A DNA stretch of 64,000 nucleotides from a virus (lineage: Duplodnaviria > Caudoviricetes): positions 1 to 64,000 of IMG/VR virus record IMGVR_UViG_3300033067_001837, one strand, 5' to 3'. This document shows, in pieces, positions 45,901-52,435 of this stretch. How positions within the stretch are numbered: position 1 is the stretch's first letter; the number at the start of each line of letters is the position of its first letter. A program made the position numbers and the translations under genes. The notes under the pieces were generated by a model, which was not told where the DNA came from, ran no database searches, and saw only the letters and a program-made list of their open reading frames with translations.

Positions 45901-48856
45901 GAATTTGTACCGGCGTCATCACCTGCGGGTGAATGGGGGCGGGAGCGACTTTGGGAGCAGCAGGCGGTGTCCGAGCGGCAGTGATTTGCGCAACTCGCTG
46001 TGCGGACACTTGAGCAGCGCGACGAAGTAGGCCCAGAGTGCGACTGGCACCGCTGGTGTCCAGGGTCGTAGTTTTCCCGGTCAATGGATTAGTGAGCGTA
46101 GAAACAGCCGGGGCTGGAGCAATCGACGGAGCGTTTGCATCATTCAGGCCGGAGAGCGCCTGTTGCTGGCTTTGCGGATTAACGGGTTGCCCACTATTGG
46201 GCGTTGCCATCAGTGGGGCATTGGCGGCGTTCAAACCAGACAACGCCTGTTGCCGATTCTCCAGAGCAGCAATTTCTGTATCAATATTCTGCTGGTCAGC
46301 CGCTGTTGGGGCCGACATCTGTAAGCCCTGTAAGGTTGCTAGACGCCCTTCTTCCTGCTGCGCCTGGCTCTGTAAACCGGCTTGCTGACCGATTTGTTGA
46401 GTCGCCAAGAAGTCCTGTTCACGTTGATTGCGCTGTGTAATGATGGTCTGCATCGCCCGCTGTACCACCGCTTTTTCCTGCGGGGTCGTGGGCTTAATCT
46501 GTTGCCAGATGGACAGTTGCGCATCTTCTTCGGTGCGTAGGGCTTTTTCTTCCGGGGTACTCACAAACGTCTGGAGACGTTGCTCTATGGTCGAGGGTGT
46601 GGGTGTAAACGATGGAGCGGTTTCGGTAGGCGTCTTAGGGGTGACAATCAGTGAGTCCAGCGGCTTTGTAGGCTTGCCGTTGATACTGTCCTGCAACTGT
46701 AAAAGCTGTCCATAAGCTTTCGCTTTACGCTGACGCAGTGGTTCAATATCGGGAGCAGACAATCCACGCAGTTGCGTTGATTCATTAATCTGTTGGTCAA
46801 TCTCAGCAATCTCGTTATTTAACAACGATCGCTGTTTCTCAACAACAGTTTCGTTGAGGGCGTCTAGATAGGAAATCGGAGTGTCAGTGCGGGCAGCTTG
46901 GCGAGCAGTCGCGGCTTGCGCTAAGGTTTCAGGGGCTTCTCCGATGACCTGAGCGTGTTTTCTCGTTGCTGTAACCTCATCGTCTAGCGTATCCAGACGA
47001 CGATCAAAGCGATCTTGCCATTCGGGAGTTTGGGCGTCAATCGCCTCGGGCGTGAGCGGTTGGCGAAGCGCGTCAAATTGGATGGGGTCGAGGGTCTGAA
47101 TGTCATTGAGACTAGGGAGGCCACCGACAGAAGTATTGCGGGCGGCTTCGGCTTGCTGTGTAGCCTGCTGCTTCGCTTGTTCTTGAGTACGAACTTCATC
47201 AGCGATACGCTGCTGCTCGGTCATTAAGTCGCGATTCACACCAAAAGCAGCGCCACCTTGTTCCAAGACGGGCCTGAGCTTCTGGAGACCTTGCAGATCA
47301 ATATCGCCGGTTGCAGCCCCTTCGCGGTCTACCCATCCAGTTAATCCTGGACTGTCATTACCCAAAAAACTGAGAATCCCGGCTTGCTGTTTTGGCTCCA
47401 TCGACTGCCAAAGCTCGCCCAGAACCTTTTGTCGCTCTGCTTGAATATCAGGTGATTCTTCCTTGCGGGACGTGATTTCAGCGTTGATATTCCCGATAGC
47501 ATTCGCCAAGTTTTCATTCTTGGTTTTCTTCTGTAACCACTGGCCGAGTACCGCCAGGTTATCCAGTGATTGTTCCGGCATCGCCGACAGGACGTTCGGG
47601 TCTTCGGCTAACCCCACCAGAGTTTCAGCATCACGCGGATTTTGTACGAATCGTTCGTGGATTTTTGAACCTGTCTTGACAGCACCGCCCACCAAGCCAA
47701 ACATACCTAACAGCGCCAGAGTCGGCGGCGCAACCTTCTTAAACGCCTCAACAGCGCCACTGAGACCCTGATAAGCAGGTAACGCGGAATCTATCGGCTG
47801 TCCTGCCAGGTACGCATCAATCTTGGCTTGGTTGTTTCCTTGGTTATATTCAGTAACGGTTTCGGTGGCTAACTCACCACCAACTGCTGTACCTGCGGCT
47901 GCTGCACGAATTCCTGCCTTCTTAAAAGCGTTTCCGGTGATTTTGGAAAGTGCAGACTTACCGAGTAATTTCAGGGCGATACCACCACCCACCATCGTCA
48001 GAGCATTACCTACTGCCTCGGGGCCGGCCTCCCATAAAGCGGAGTTTTCGGCAATCGGCAGCATATCGGCATAGAGTTTTGCCTTTTCTTCTTCATTCAA
48101 ACTACGCTGCTGTTTCTTTTGAGATTCCGCCTCAGCAGTTTGAAAAATATCATTCAAAACTTGGTTGCCCATCATGCGGAAAGCCGCAGTACCGGACGCA
48201 CCCATACTTGCTGCGATACCACCCACAATACCGGAACCCGGAATCGGAACCGCCGCTTGAGTTAATGCGCCACCGGCCAAGGCAGCCGGAATTGCAGCAC
48301 CCATCGAAACGCCGCTAAATCCGATACTGGGGATCGCTTCTCGAATTGACTCGCTAGTGGAATCCGTATTACCCGCAGCAATCTGCTGTTGAATAGCCTC
48401 GTTGTTCTTTTGTTCAAGTTCTTTTTGCGCAGCAAACGCAGCTACCGCTTCGGGTGAATACTCATCCGGGCGTTTCAGCCCTTCCTTCATCTGGTAATAG
48501 GCACTCGGTAACGTGGTGCCCAAGCTCTTTCCGGCATCCCATAGGGCGCTGGCGGTATTGCTGAGATCGAATAAAGGTTTATCTTCTTGAGATACTGCGG
48601 TCTGTACAGGCGGCAAACTCGCCGCGTACTCTTCCGGGGTCTTACCTGTAGGCGTCCCGTACTGACTCAATCCTTGCCGAACGCCAGGGGTTCCTGAATA
48701 GGTCGGTAGGTCTTGTAGCGCCGATAATCCCACACCGGACAAGCCTTGTTGATAAGCTTGCATCAGCGGATTTTCCGGGAGTGCCGGAGTTATGGTGGAC
48801 GGAACCTCGGTGGGGAGAGCAGATTCGTCGTCATACCAATTAGCCATATCAATCAC
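30941..48856 (-). CDS. Giant polyvalent (DarB-like) virion/ejection protein, 5971 aa
   Basis: Adenine MTase (YFGGSG, DPPY), SF2 helicase (DPGSGKT, DEAH, QVSGRIAR), HExxH motifs, ART-like domains, LPD23-like, PLxRFG-like (VPLTRYG). Confidence 0.9.
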   Translation of the reverse strand: MIDMANWYDDESALPTEVPSTITPALPENPLMQAYQQGLSGVGLSALQDLPTYSGTPGVRQGLSQYGTPTGKTPEEYAASLPPVQTAVSQEDKPLFDLSNTASALWDAGKSLGTTLPSAYYQMKEGLKRPDEYSPEAVAAFAAQKELEQKNNEAIQQQIAAGNTDSTSESIREAIPSIGFSGVSMGAAIPAALAGGALTQAAVPIPGSGIVGGIAASMGASGTAAFRMMGNQVLNDIFQTAEAESQKKQQRSLNEEEKAKLYADMLPIAENSALWEAGPEAVGNALTMVGGGIALKLLGKSALSKITGNAFKKAGIRAAAAGTAVGGELATETVTEYNQGNNQAKIDAYLAGQPIDSALPAYQGLSGAVEAFKKVAPPTLALLGMFGLVGGAVKTGSKIHERFVQNPRDAETLVGLAEDPNVLSAMPEQSLDNLAVLGQWLQKKTKNENLANAIGNINAEITSRKEESPDIQAERQKVLGELWQSMEPKQQAGILSFLGNDSPGLTGWVDREGAATGDIDLQGLQKLRPVLEQGGAAFGVNRDLMTEQQRIADEVRTQEQAKQQATQQAEAARNTSVGGLPSLNDIQTLDPIQFDALRQPLTPEAIDAQTPEWQDRFDRRLDTLDDEVTATRKHAQVIGEAPETLAQAATARQAARTDTPISYLDALNETVVEKQRSLLNNEIAEIDQQINESTQLRGLSAPDIEPLRQRKAKAYGQLLQLQDSINGKPTKPLDSLIVTPKTPTETAPSFTPTPSTIEQRLQTFVSTPEEKALRTEEDAQLSIWQQIKPTTPQEKAVVQRAMQTIITQRNQREQDFLATQQIGQQAGLQSQAQQEEGRLATLQGLQMSAPTAADQQNIDTEIAALENRQQALSGLNAANAPLMATPNSGQPVNPQSQQQALSGLNDANAPSIAPAPAVSTLTNPLTGKTTTLDTSGASRTLGLLRRAAQVSAQRVAQITAARTPPAAPKVAPAPIHPQVMTPVQIHTAHATHPFLPWEHSLPIWNRIARIVGEPELTESLHTQTVETAKKQGKKTVTPSAQKAASSTATPTASAAETPTTSPTKDAKIEVPKTAKDRLSNYELIIPTEDGKGASPKSMTPPWMHEVVQEFEQQNPQLKEATKGNLVKDDLSAANGIPTFQGGKRKVAQVAFPYFRYQLRGVIPSITTIHDYFGGSGGWGLAVAARVAINTQEIHLYELNEDRSKKIQMFAGVNPDGSVNQNRITADRFIEIAGHIRNTEPQVTQLLNDMAVKSQAAGRDEKGSVRLLSQATLARNLSGILDSIPASQDELRAVLQAIIDQGNKQTPNRIQAGEDYSAKVNILYDNAVRVISNNINGIQNNIEQIKKTRPNFKIIVHTGDSFQVTQQTGAHVLAIYDPPYYGTNSYNGQDLVPIETYRQVRDALARAKAAGNHIIYTDAPWWGHKELPNDMAMGEAHRIYQDIQTITPLVILPVGERYEILGVYANEDGAAKLNPARTQPSSTPRPAAAPATPGATGKPDTGASGQPNPPPSSGVGSGTPASRPPSAPVVEPPNPETDDLLLAISKLGGLDSEIINQEHIDLNGNKNLLLGNIDGKMRYVFSEFGLSLDGMAEALSQDNYPVFNDPDNRLEYTYQIGETNRYNANAMLAALRQALTDYAPKNRGGGKRIYAAVAQARNAEQDRENQYQEKLAQALDEHLQQPVRHYNAEVEGRKWRWEIRPYDPLTKTNAAALTEAQIGFWQLFGTQQADPKAELRRLGTPTKDIKSIYEQIRKNAKDASVNTNDDLFAESFQEPTPASNDKVIPESDKITLTYYEESIENNESFIAEDLERLKSQLSPAAQDALKYYTLETVTFPDGETLLMAQPPQENAVPDAEADEVLETENLPNADDILNPPPKEAKAPKPTESPKATPKDVAPTLAETDLNAMFDDLLNQEVAKDQDEKQPKPAPTPEPQPTAGQVAASAIRETAKGLSDTLDALAELFGGNGRLSMNPTFDEETYAKAKPLFQSAIAHFKNAAEDIREAMRLVIRALLDRFKDPEMVKRMQPYVVRFIEDMQAETVVPPATKPTSAPATEAVVAPKTVAEILKERGVETTINRQWEWAFSVGDAVLVTLPETNETIPILVNSELAPWNQPRHFDKETGFYFRPRFDKKTYAFGPFKNKTTAFVEAIFHKYLKSDPFSVPIQSQIKKIANRMVTDVEYRQQAIQEGLAYAIAQNLGIPVSRGTIFTETGATGTRRASSNAVLDQLRGRIRTLARGDTGSGDRVSMGTESPRTKDYRSQVSQDTVGLIERGLEFMPRQVVDWQIEDIGKALANYEKKPAFMLSSDPGSGKTFVIGGLIKEILARSPDARVLYFTNSNALIDQVRQQDLPDYGINDPRVDIITYARIQNPRNARVTHYKSHSTIEFGGEDEQRIVVNKDTVLIFDEAHKVKNIIDGSEGANNAGELMRRAKFTFYSSATPFETPSESEYLANSGLFSDYDELAKRENILYKDLPLNGFQIWAIEHGADIQLTKDRKKRNAEPRLTIKWPASPTFIADPKLSQEERLASIRLFEAAQLEFMIEQLEAGQKARQWFVDRNLMSHRPIELGSLPDGREASITHLTPVAIDAEFYEKYYNPIIGVFDAAMADPSEEAAPIKDMIKMQRENTKKRLAEFGKLAPTARMIEQDLQANPANKAVVFLSAKAPLELGTFGIWNDVTDDTGEKRIIAKINAAINGERSDILSAVANEKFKGDKPQAIGALKYLINQIRNKQFTIDDMLELENKWKSTLGAMVEVTKFSPDGMPYQIIENQGLFSAYSRYMAQAFKNADMVTRLESPVKTMMELLEPVFGKGSVAEYTGALTAQKNTTNRESWKQANTGPRILIATMAKGGTGLSLHDTTGNRPSFQYNVAIPYKASEFEQVSGRIARYGLKSQANVHWLFANNMPDDFDFRWAKILQERLNNQQAVVKGAITDTTRRLTADNILGQRAQASRTKATAPGLSKSGFVAAIRERFPHLSGALDKILARGEKGQKGGLVLINSKEVDDIARVFAEKTGRQQDDAIQEIRGNGRLVGIFDPRSGLTFAVLPNLSTEAAPSVLLHEMIHGQQQADVDAAAMKLVKNPAQEKNPALRQFLNRVYARLEAAGATNDPKEYTAYLVEEAVSQGRLADFQVADGKFIEWVAKTISPKIADFLRRLVNTMRGWFIQRGYPINASKLTLEDLVNWAQAGVRKAARGDVQIADQAAISRGDQPNPMFYSGLSKVINDLSQKKAPGPQWASILENLVKKGQVKQEELDWTGTLEWLRGQKTLVPKEDVLAFVRSNEIQVEETEFGIPSNRVKYRVDTGFWEIFDENNNYVDGSYHYDALEKRYPELINEYKLSQNRNTKWTLPGGKNQRELVITNPNIEPYTTDETHYGDIADGRAIAWVRFNDRTDENGKQVLFIEEIQSKRHQEGKDRGYILLTTDTTGWTAIDSNPNAPPENKHNYYVTDAEGRSAGREVHYLAYSPEEAIALAAQDANEIADGVPNAPFKQTITGSGQTLSGWAGLVFKRMLRYATENGYDKVAWTTGEQQSKRYKGGGDKFLKRLYNETIPNEINKYIKKWGTQVGQTKINTVNAIESVHSIDITPDMVASVMQGQPLFSRAAMNAAKKASVTIGGNRVTAYRKVSSPATGAIQAGTFYFLDADAQPDMVENTFTFQPNELLVVPESEVEAFEGLPSEALASKWFPKTDWLKKVAELELPGDPYQAMGVAMDTLVAQEARQRGYRAIQYGTTELQVLESPVKVYQNNGAWVADAPNGQRLYTGTPAADREWVHLKGEQLFKRWQEEHAYDQQPQVTGYRGVMPEGGPSFGATEGHGVYIAKKKGTASFFSLGKTKKIQYRQPLNPLIVNEEVLPILQEDEVIFQPIESTDSAWIRLNKQAALNIGITDETWGQQSDELTAELTQLILDAGYDAVDVTSGGESWVALLKPELMTASGFEPKPIILPSISSDSLPSIIEPTVNSPQPQIVTTALRLLAQDPALFQNPKATSKNLPEVFQQVVPDFTVRELPKSEALEVDAEQAWEIRVPYTDESGVSETRHGYVMRRKQSVWINVSNLKEGGQGSRFYAAVSDYAANNGLVFIGDPMGLTDIAVYRRTENMLASAIKHGTTKHLWPHEKQGIQWKGNDEADFQSLIEKSNQNILENVPDLKAIRYDFENRRFINTDTGRAFGEDLFTTLAESPGARAAQAGSATLKRTAYLLTLSSRSGEGVGESRRLLADVVQQLREGLTGTPVAGMVYSKSNPQTPAPSGVSASGVEKLIDPHRVAWQRAGLTVNVVQSVSDLSTDLQERLNDPRAEGFYDLRSNQIYLIADNLASLDRAREVLSHEVVGHWSSQNLRDSSEFVQVLNALDRLEKVDNREIRSIAAQVDASQPGLSKLDRASEIFAVTVERGLHEKIGLLLAATNKLLHLIKAVLRRFGLAKDFVNSLTMTDVLQFARESQAKLNQGEEATSRWVFSGKKSVVQSYAGVRATTANQPLLQQAKQRVESGEDAETVRKETGWFKGFDNRWRFEIDDSDFSFNADWIQQQPETLNRIQTQLEQIVSHPQLFSDYPQLQGINVNLTINPNIHDAGGSYGRNDQRINIRAHTYEDAKKTLIHELQHAVQAIEGHSPGASSSLYDEDDLFFKKDYEVIERAKREIELLTKQQKKARTNKTKFARLRDSLPRGSQERANAEEKRKAAVKIENNLTLEISKWGPGGLYKRNFGEIEARDTASRLEMTPEERQATPPYRNTMFRDGIADKDVVLQSNFRTALSVNSDIRYSLPTPQSINDDIGQLILDQQPDPFTMEKLWDKGRDWFNRGLGLMTRQQLVELASRKIPALGRTLLPSAEFFENAASLIDGAKSRIKRDMYDGLVPQWQREAGRNRQTAYLFDYILHGSTLHSIDPTKPLPPREIDDTDYTYAERVRWYGVLTQKIVELKKQSPILADMVQRVFENYQSVNDMKYAAMKERVGRAGYGMVRVTMERAKRMADNHADVAEAAQLQQQWATAALKDKTVVEALYRLFKRGERYSPGISFKISDPVGPIDPSAILKAKNTYQTLSNEQKALYQLRRKIDELPHAARMRELMDRDRATYGKLENLIVSSQRRAINVLVDRVSQKSFVPEEHAAMRAELVQLPEDAQMLYRAMNYAFKARQENMMASIQLYAEAARGRQPYVPLTRYGKYEVFAERMIPQINKRTGQPVLDEAGQPKLEKEVAFSKFETIHEQKQARQLLEKAGWTVNTDYQIIRDKIESAPSGTFVGEMYQFIDESVRNPKERDALKQSLYDLYLENLPDLSVRKHLLRRKGIFGYNRDALRAYGRFMNGSANMIARLRYADVLSEQLYQMEREVTGLSAHENDQAKAGAILNELIKSYDWLMNPTNATWANRLTALGFIWHLTNPSTAMVNLSQLPLMTFPELASKFGGGAAFGAIHKAMYDYSSVLNRWRKMGVNPLKPPMALKASRTVPDANGISQNEVKYSTYTDEAEYQQAIKALEAQGYTIDRAISPLEAAGMEILGGEYQGDMGRLMEFLERSGRVSRSATTQLAGLGEDSWQMRDNWQGKASRLWDLTMKTGAFLFHHSEVANREVTAIAAYRLMREQLKDKPREEAHRIAQDYAYKAIAFTQGDYSNANRARWMRSDMARVLTLFRTYAQIMTWRLLRDAYQSMPMRKGIDPSERAEARARLGWMMLNASLLGGAMGLPIYTMVVLMMKAMEAAFGDDDDPWDFELWANQQLTEMIGERGRQAVMTGPVGMAPMLLGAKDGISLSPRLSLDLIRFWVRKPPSDLEGQELVSEYMKQLAGPAFGLTFKFADAVRDANYARERKSADMGYRAFESLLPSPLANMVKAYRYETEGIKTRRGDQLTNDVGTGQWVSQALGFQPAEVFEAYQENNLLFEFKTERERRAQNLIQGLVYAREARDEEGIAEFRKAIAEFNRKNPLIRITPQRIQNAFKQRRQAHQKSNQGMYIASKGMRKLVENERF

Positions 48857-48909
48857 CCTTTAAAAACTAAAAAACCCACCGAAGCGGGTTGAATAGAATA
48901 CTGCTTTGT

Positions 48910-50793
48910 TCAACGCATATTATGAATTTGTTGATAGCTTAACCCATCGACATACTGACCGGTTTTTGGATCAATCATGCCGTAAGTACCGCTACCTGAT
49001 TTGTAGATTTGACCCTGTTTGGCAGATTTACCGTCACCTAAAGGTTGGATGTTATTCCATTGTTCAAATAATTCCGTATTGAAAATTTCTCGACCGTTTT
49101 CATCCATGCTTTTATAAACACCAGGCATTTCATTAGAGCCTCCACTAGCAGGACGATTCGCCATAATCGCATTGCGCTGCGCTTCCAAAGCGCGACCTTG
49201 GCCTTTATCCATTATTTCCATATAAGCTTTAAGATCGTTAAGCTTTTGTTCAGCCTGCTTATCACCGCGTTCCGCTGCGTATTTCAAAGCAGCAAACTCA
49301 TTCGCTGCTGATTTAGAAGCCATCTCGTTTTCAGAACCTAACAGGTTTGACGCTATACCCGCCTGTACACCATGGCTCTGTTGTAAAGCTCGAGTGGCAC
49401 TATCATTTTGTGCTAGACCAATTTGTAATGCTTCTATGGCAGCACGACGCTGGCGTCCTTTACCCTTCCCATAGTCATTTGGCGCATCCTTGAGTTTCTG
49501 AATTAACGCAGCCCGCTCTTCCTGCAACGCGCTCATATCCGGGGACGGAGCCAGTTGGCTCATCATGGCCCGAATCGCGTTAGTTTGCGCTTCCTGTTCA
49601 ACCGTAGGTAGTCCTTGCGCTTTGCGGTTCGCATTGCGAATATCGCGCATCGCGGCTGTCTGAGAGTCAATCGTCTTGACCCGCGCATCAATCGCGGCTT
49701 GTTCTTCAGGGGTGCGTCCGCCGACAACGGAGAGGGTGCCGCCGCTTTGGCGTTGACCATAGAAGGTCGCTGATCCTTTGCCTGGAACAGCATATTCCGT
49801 AATAGCACCGCCATGTTCCATACCGGCTTTAGTGGCGTCGTTGGGTATATATCCTCTTGCTCCGAACGATTGTTCCAACCCCATTTGCTGACCAAACCGA
49901 GTAACATTTTCATTACTTTGGACAGCAGCAGTGTATTCTTTCGGTGTACCAAAACGTTCCTTCATCAATATATTTTCATCATAACCCGGTGGTTTTCCGC
50001 TAATAGCGTTATTGACTTCTGGGTTATTCAAGGAACGATAGCCATTAGATATTAAAGGCCCAGCTTCTTGTGCGACTTGACTTCTCTCTCGCATATCCTT
50101 AAGTGCAGCACCATCTCCAAGATAGGAAAGTACACCATTAATGTCGGTTCCCCCTAATTTCTTTGTAGGATCGGGAGGTGTTACTCCTACCTGATTAAGC
50201 GGCGCTGATACCGGAGCCTTAACAGATTGCATCTGCTTTTGAATAGTCTCTTTATTATTATAGACTTGTCCTTGTGGCCCCTGAATAATAGGTACATCAC
50301 CTTCAAACCCGATAACCTTATTAGCATTATTCGCTGCCATAGCCTGCTTCGCTTCTAGACTATCTAATGTTCCTTCGCCTAATGGAGATGGGTACATCAT
50401 CATCCCAACTCCACCTGCCACCCTACTTACAGGAGATGCGGCTATTTTTGTTAATCCGTTAGCTAACTGCGTTCCTACTCCTACAGGTTGTTTAGGAATA
50501 GCTGTGGTAGTTGTGCTAACTGGTTGTTTTGGGGCGTTTCGCAAATTACGCAATGCGTCATAATCAACAAGACCTCGAGTGGGTGCTTGAGAAAAATTAG
50601 CAGGTGTGGCACCCGATTTTATTTGGCTCGGAGTTACCGGGGTGCCTTGCATTAATGATCGCAATTCACTAGGGGTAAACGGTCTATCAAACATTAATCC
50701 AGCCATTTTTCTTCTCCTACCTACCAGGCATAAAAAACCCCGAAATCTCAGGGTTGTCTTTAATCTACAGAAATTGTTTTGTTTGTTAATCAC
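48910..50793 (-). CDS. Putative internal virion/ejection protein (start probably 50706)
   Basis: Ala/Gln/Gly-rich; upstream of giant gene; AGGAG RBS before MAGLMF. Confidence 0.6.
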   Translation of the reverse strand: MINKQNNFCRLKTTLRFRGFLCLVGRRRKMAGLMFDRPFTPSELRSLMQGTPVTPSQIKSGATPANFSQAPTRGLVDYDALRNLRNAPKQPVSTTTTAIPKQPVGVGTQLANGLTKIAASPVSRVAGGVGMMMYPSPLGEGTLDSLEAKQAMAANNANKVIGFEGDVPIIQGPQGQVYNNKETIQKQMQSVKAPVSAPLNQVGVTPPDPTKKLGGTDINGVLSYLGDGAALKDMRERSQVAQEAGPLISNGYRSLNNPEVNNAISGKPPGYDENILMKERFGTPKEYTAAVQSNENVTRFGQQMGLEQSFGARGYIPNDATKAGMEHGGAITEYAVPGKGSATFYGQRQSGGTLSVVGGRTPEEQAAIDARVKTIDSQTAAMRDIRNANRKAQGLPTVEQEAQTNAIRAMMSQLAPSPDMSALQEERAALIQKLKDAPNDYGKGKGRQRRAAIEALQIGLAQNDSATRALQQSHGVQAGIASNLLGSENEMASKSAANEFAALKYAAERGDKQAEQKLNDLKAYMEIMDKGQGRALEAQRNAIMANRPASGGSNEMPGVYKSMDENGREIFNTELFEQWNNIQPLGDGKSAKQGQIYKSGSGTYGMIDPKTGQYVDGLSYQQIHNMR

Positions 50794-51524
50794 TAACGAA
50801 ACAAAGCACGGGATGCATCCGTAGTTGCAAACGGATCGTTATTTAAACGACTAGTATCATTGTTTTTGTATGGATTTTTAAACCCGGAACCACCTGTAGA
50901 TGCCAATCCGGCACGATTCAAATCACTCTTCAATACGCTATCCATGGGTTTTTGCGGAGTCGCGCTTAATCCAAAAAGACTGGCTAATTGCGCCATTTGC
51001 TTGGGGTCATTCCAGTCTGGTATCGAGGGTGTTGTCGTTACAGCCGGGGTCTGCATCGATTGATAGGTACTGGCTGCTTTATTTAGTCGATCCGCCATGG
51101 ATAAATCTTGACCAGTGACACTCAAGTTGGTGGCAGGGGTAGGCAAAGCAGTGACAGGACTGCTTAATCCGCTGCTTACTCGCTCGTTCATATCCTTCCC
51201 AGCAGCCGATGAGTAATCAATAGTGGGAACGGATGTTTGCGGCAAGGCTGTGACAGACGCGCCAATACCCGGTGTGGTAATCGGCGCTGTGGTTACAGCA
51301 GGCGTTGCGGGACTAGCAGGTTTCTGTGGATTCGTAGCATCACTAAAACTATTGGGCTTTGTTGTAGCTGCCTTGTTAGGATCAGGTAAAGCGGCGATAC
51401 CGGCTTTAGCGCCACCGAGAATCGCGGCGTTATTAGCGGTTGACCCTGGTGGGAAATAGGTCGTTGAGGAACCACTGACGAAATTACCGTCGTTGTTTTT
51501 GTTCGGGGTTACTGATGTAATCAT
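50793..51524 (-). CDS. Low-complexity putative virion protein
   Basis: Thr/Pro/Ala-rich; in virion block. Confidence 0.55.
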   Translation of the reverse strand: MITSVTPNKNNDGNFVSGSSTTYFPPGSTANNAAILGGAKAGIAALPDPNKAATTKPNSFSDATNPQKPASPATPAVTTAPITTPGIGASVTALPQTSVPTIDYSSAAGKDMNERVSSGLSSPVTALPTPATNLSVTGQDLSMADRLNKAASTYQSMQTPAVTTTPSIPDWNDPKQMAQLASLFGLSATPQKPMDSVLKSDLNRAGLASTGGSGFKNPYKNNDTSRLNNDPFATTDASRALFR

Positions 51525-51605
51525 TAGAATTCCTATAATAAAAAACCCCGCAAGGGCGGGGTCGTCAGGTTTGAATACTATTAGCGAATAACGGCTGCAA
51601 TCTTT

Positions 51606-52319
51606 TCAGCAGACCGCTGACAGGATTTGGCGCATGGGGTATTGCCGCGTATATCGTTTTTTTTCAATATCTTCGTCAGCCAGTATCTCAGCCAACAGGA
51701 TCGCCGCAATTTCCTTCAACGAGGCGTGATCTCGGAGGTTAGCTTTTGTGGGCAGATTCCGTTCTTTAACAATCTGGTTTTTGGTTCCGCCGAAAATAGG
51801 TTTGTAAGTGGCGTTCGTACAAATCGCAAACCCGGCAGCGCTGACATCGTGGGCCTGCAAAACAGCGGTATGGTGATTTCTAACCACCTTTCCTTGCGCC
51901 CTGGTGACGGCACGCTGCTGATCTTCGATAGGTGCCTTAGTATTATCAAACACCCGATCAACGATAGAGAGGTCGCCCTCTTCAACCTTTAAAAAGGTTT
52001 CGTTGACCTTGAACCGAAAATCTGGGGATAGGTAGCCAGAGTATTCTACGGCCAGCAGCTTGTGCGCCCAGGTTCCGCCACCGCGATCTACCCGTGCCTT
52101 ACTGGTTTTTAACACATCGATTTTGGCTACATGTAGATTTTTACAAACAGAATCAATGGCTTCTATTGAGCTTTCAGTATCAAGCCAACGTCTAGGCTCT
52201 TTGTTCGTCGGACTCCCTGCGGCCACATAAAGGTCGTTGAGGTTGACCATATCGCCGTCCGTGCGAATTTTAAATTGACCATCCAGGGTGAAAGTCGTGA
52301 TAGAATGTTGAGCAGTCAT
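51606..52319 (-). CDS. KilA-N domain protein
   Basis: IRTDGDMVNLNDLY...GGGTWAHKLLAVEYSGYLSPDF. Confidence 0.85.
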   Translation of the reverse strand: MTAQHSITTFTLDGQFKIRTDGDMVNLNDLYVAAGSPTNKEPRRWLDTESSIEAIDSVCKNLHVAKIDVLKTSKARVDRGGGTWAHKLLAVEYSGYLSPDFRFKVNETFLKVEEGDLSIVDRVFDNTKAPIEDQQRAVTRAQGKVVRNHHTAVLQAHDVSAAGFAICTNATYKPIFGGTKNQIVKERNLPTKANLRDHASLKEIAAILLAEILADEDIEKKRYTRQYPMRQILSAVC

Positions 52320-52435
52320 GTTGCTTCCTTAAAAGATTCAGCAGCGTTGATAGGCTCCCGTCTTAATGGAAGACGGGAGTTGTCTACTCAATGGATTAGT
52401 AGATGAACGCATCATAACTGCAATATTCTATGCTG

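Noticed and set aside
31013-48318. Many short ORFs within the giant gene
   Set aside because: Antisense or out-of-frame shadows without recognisable motifs, unlike 10954-11634
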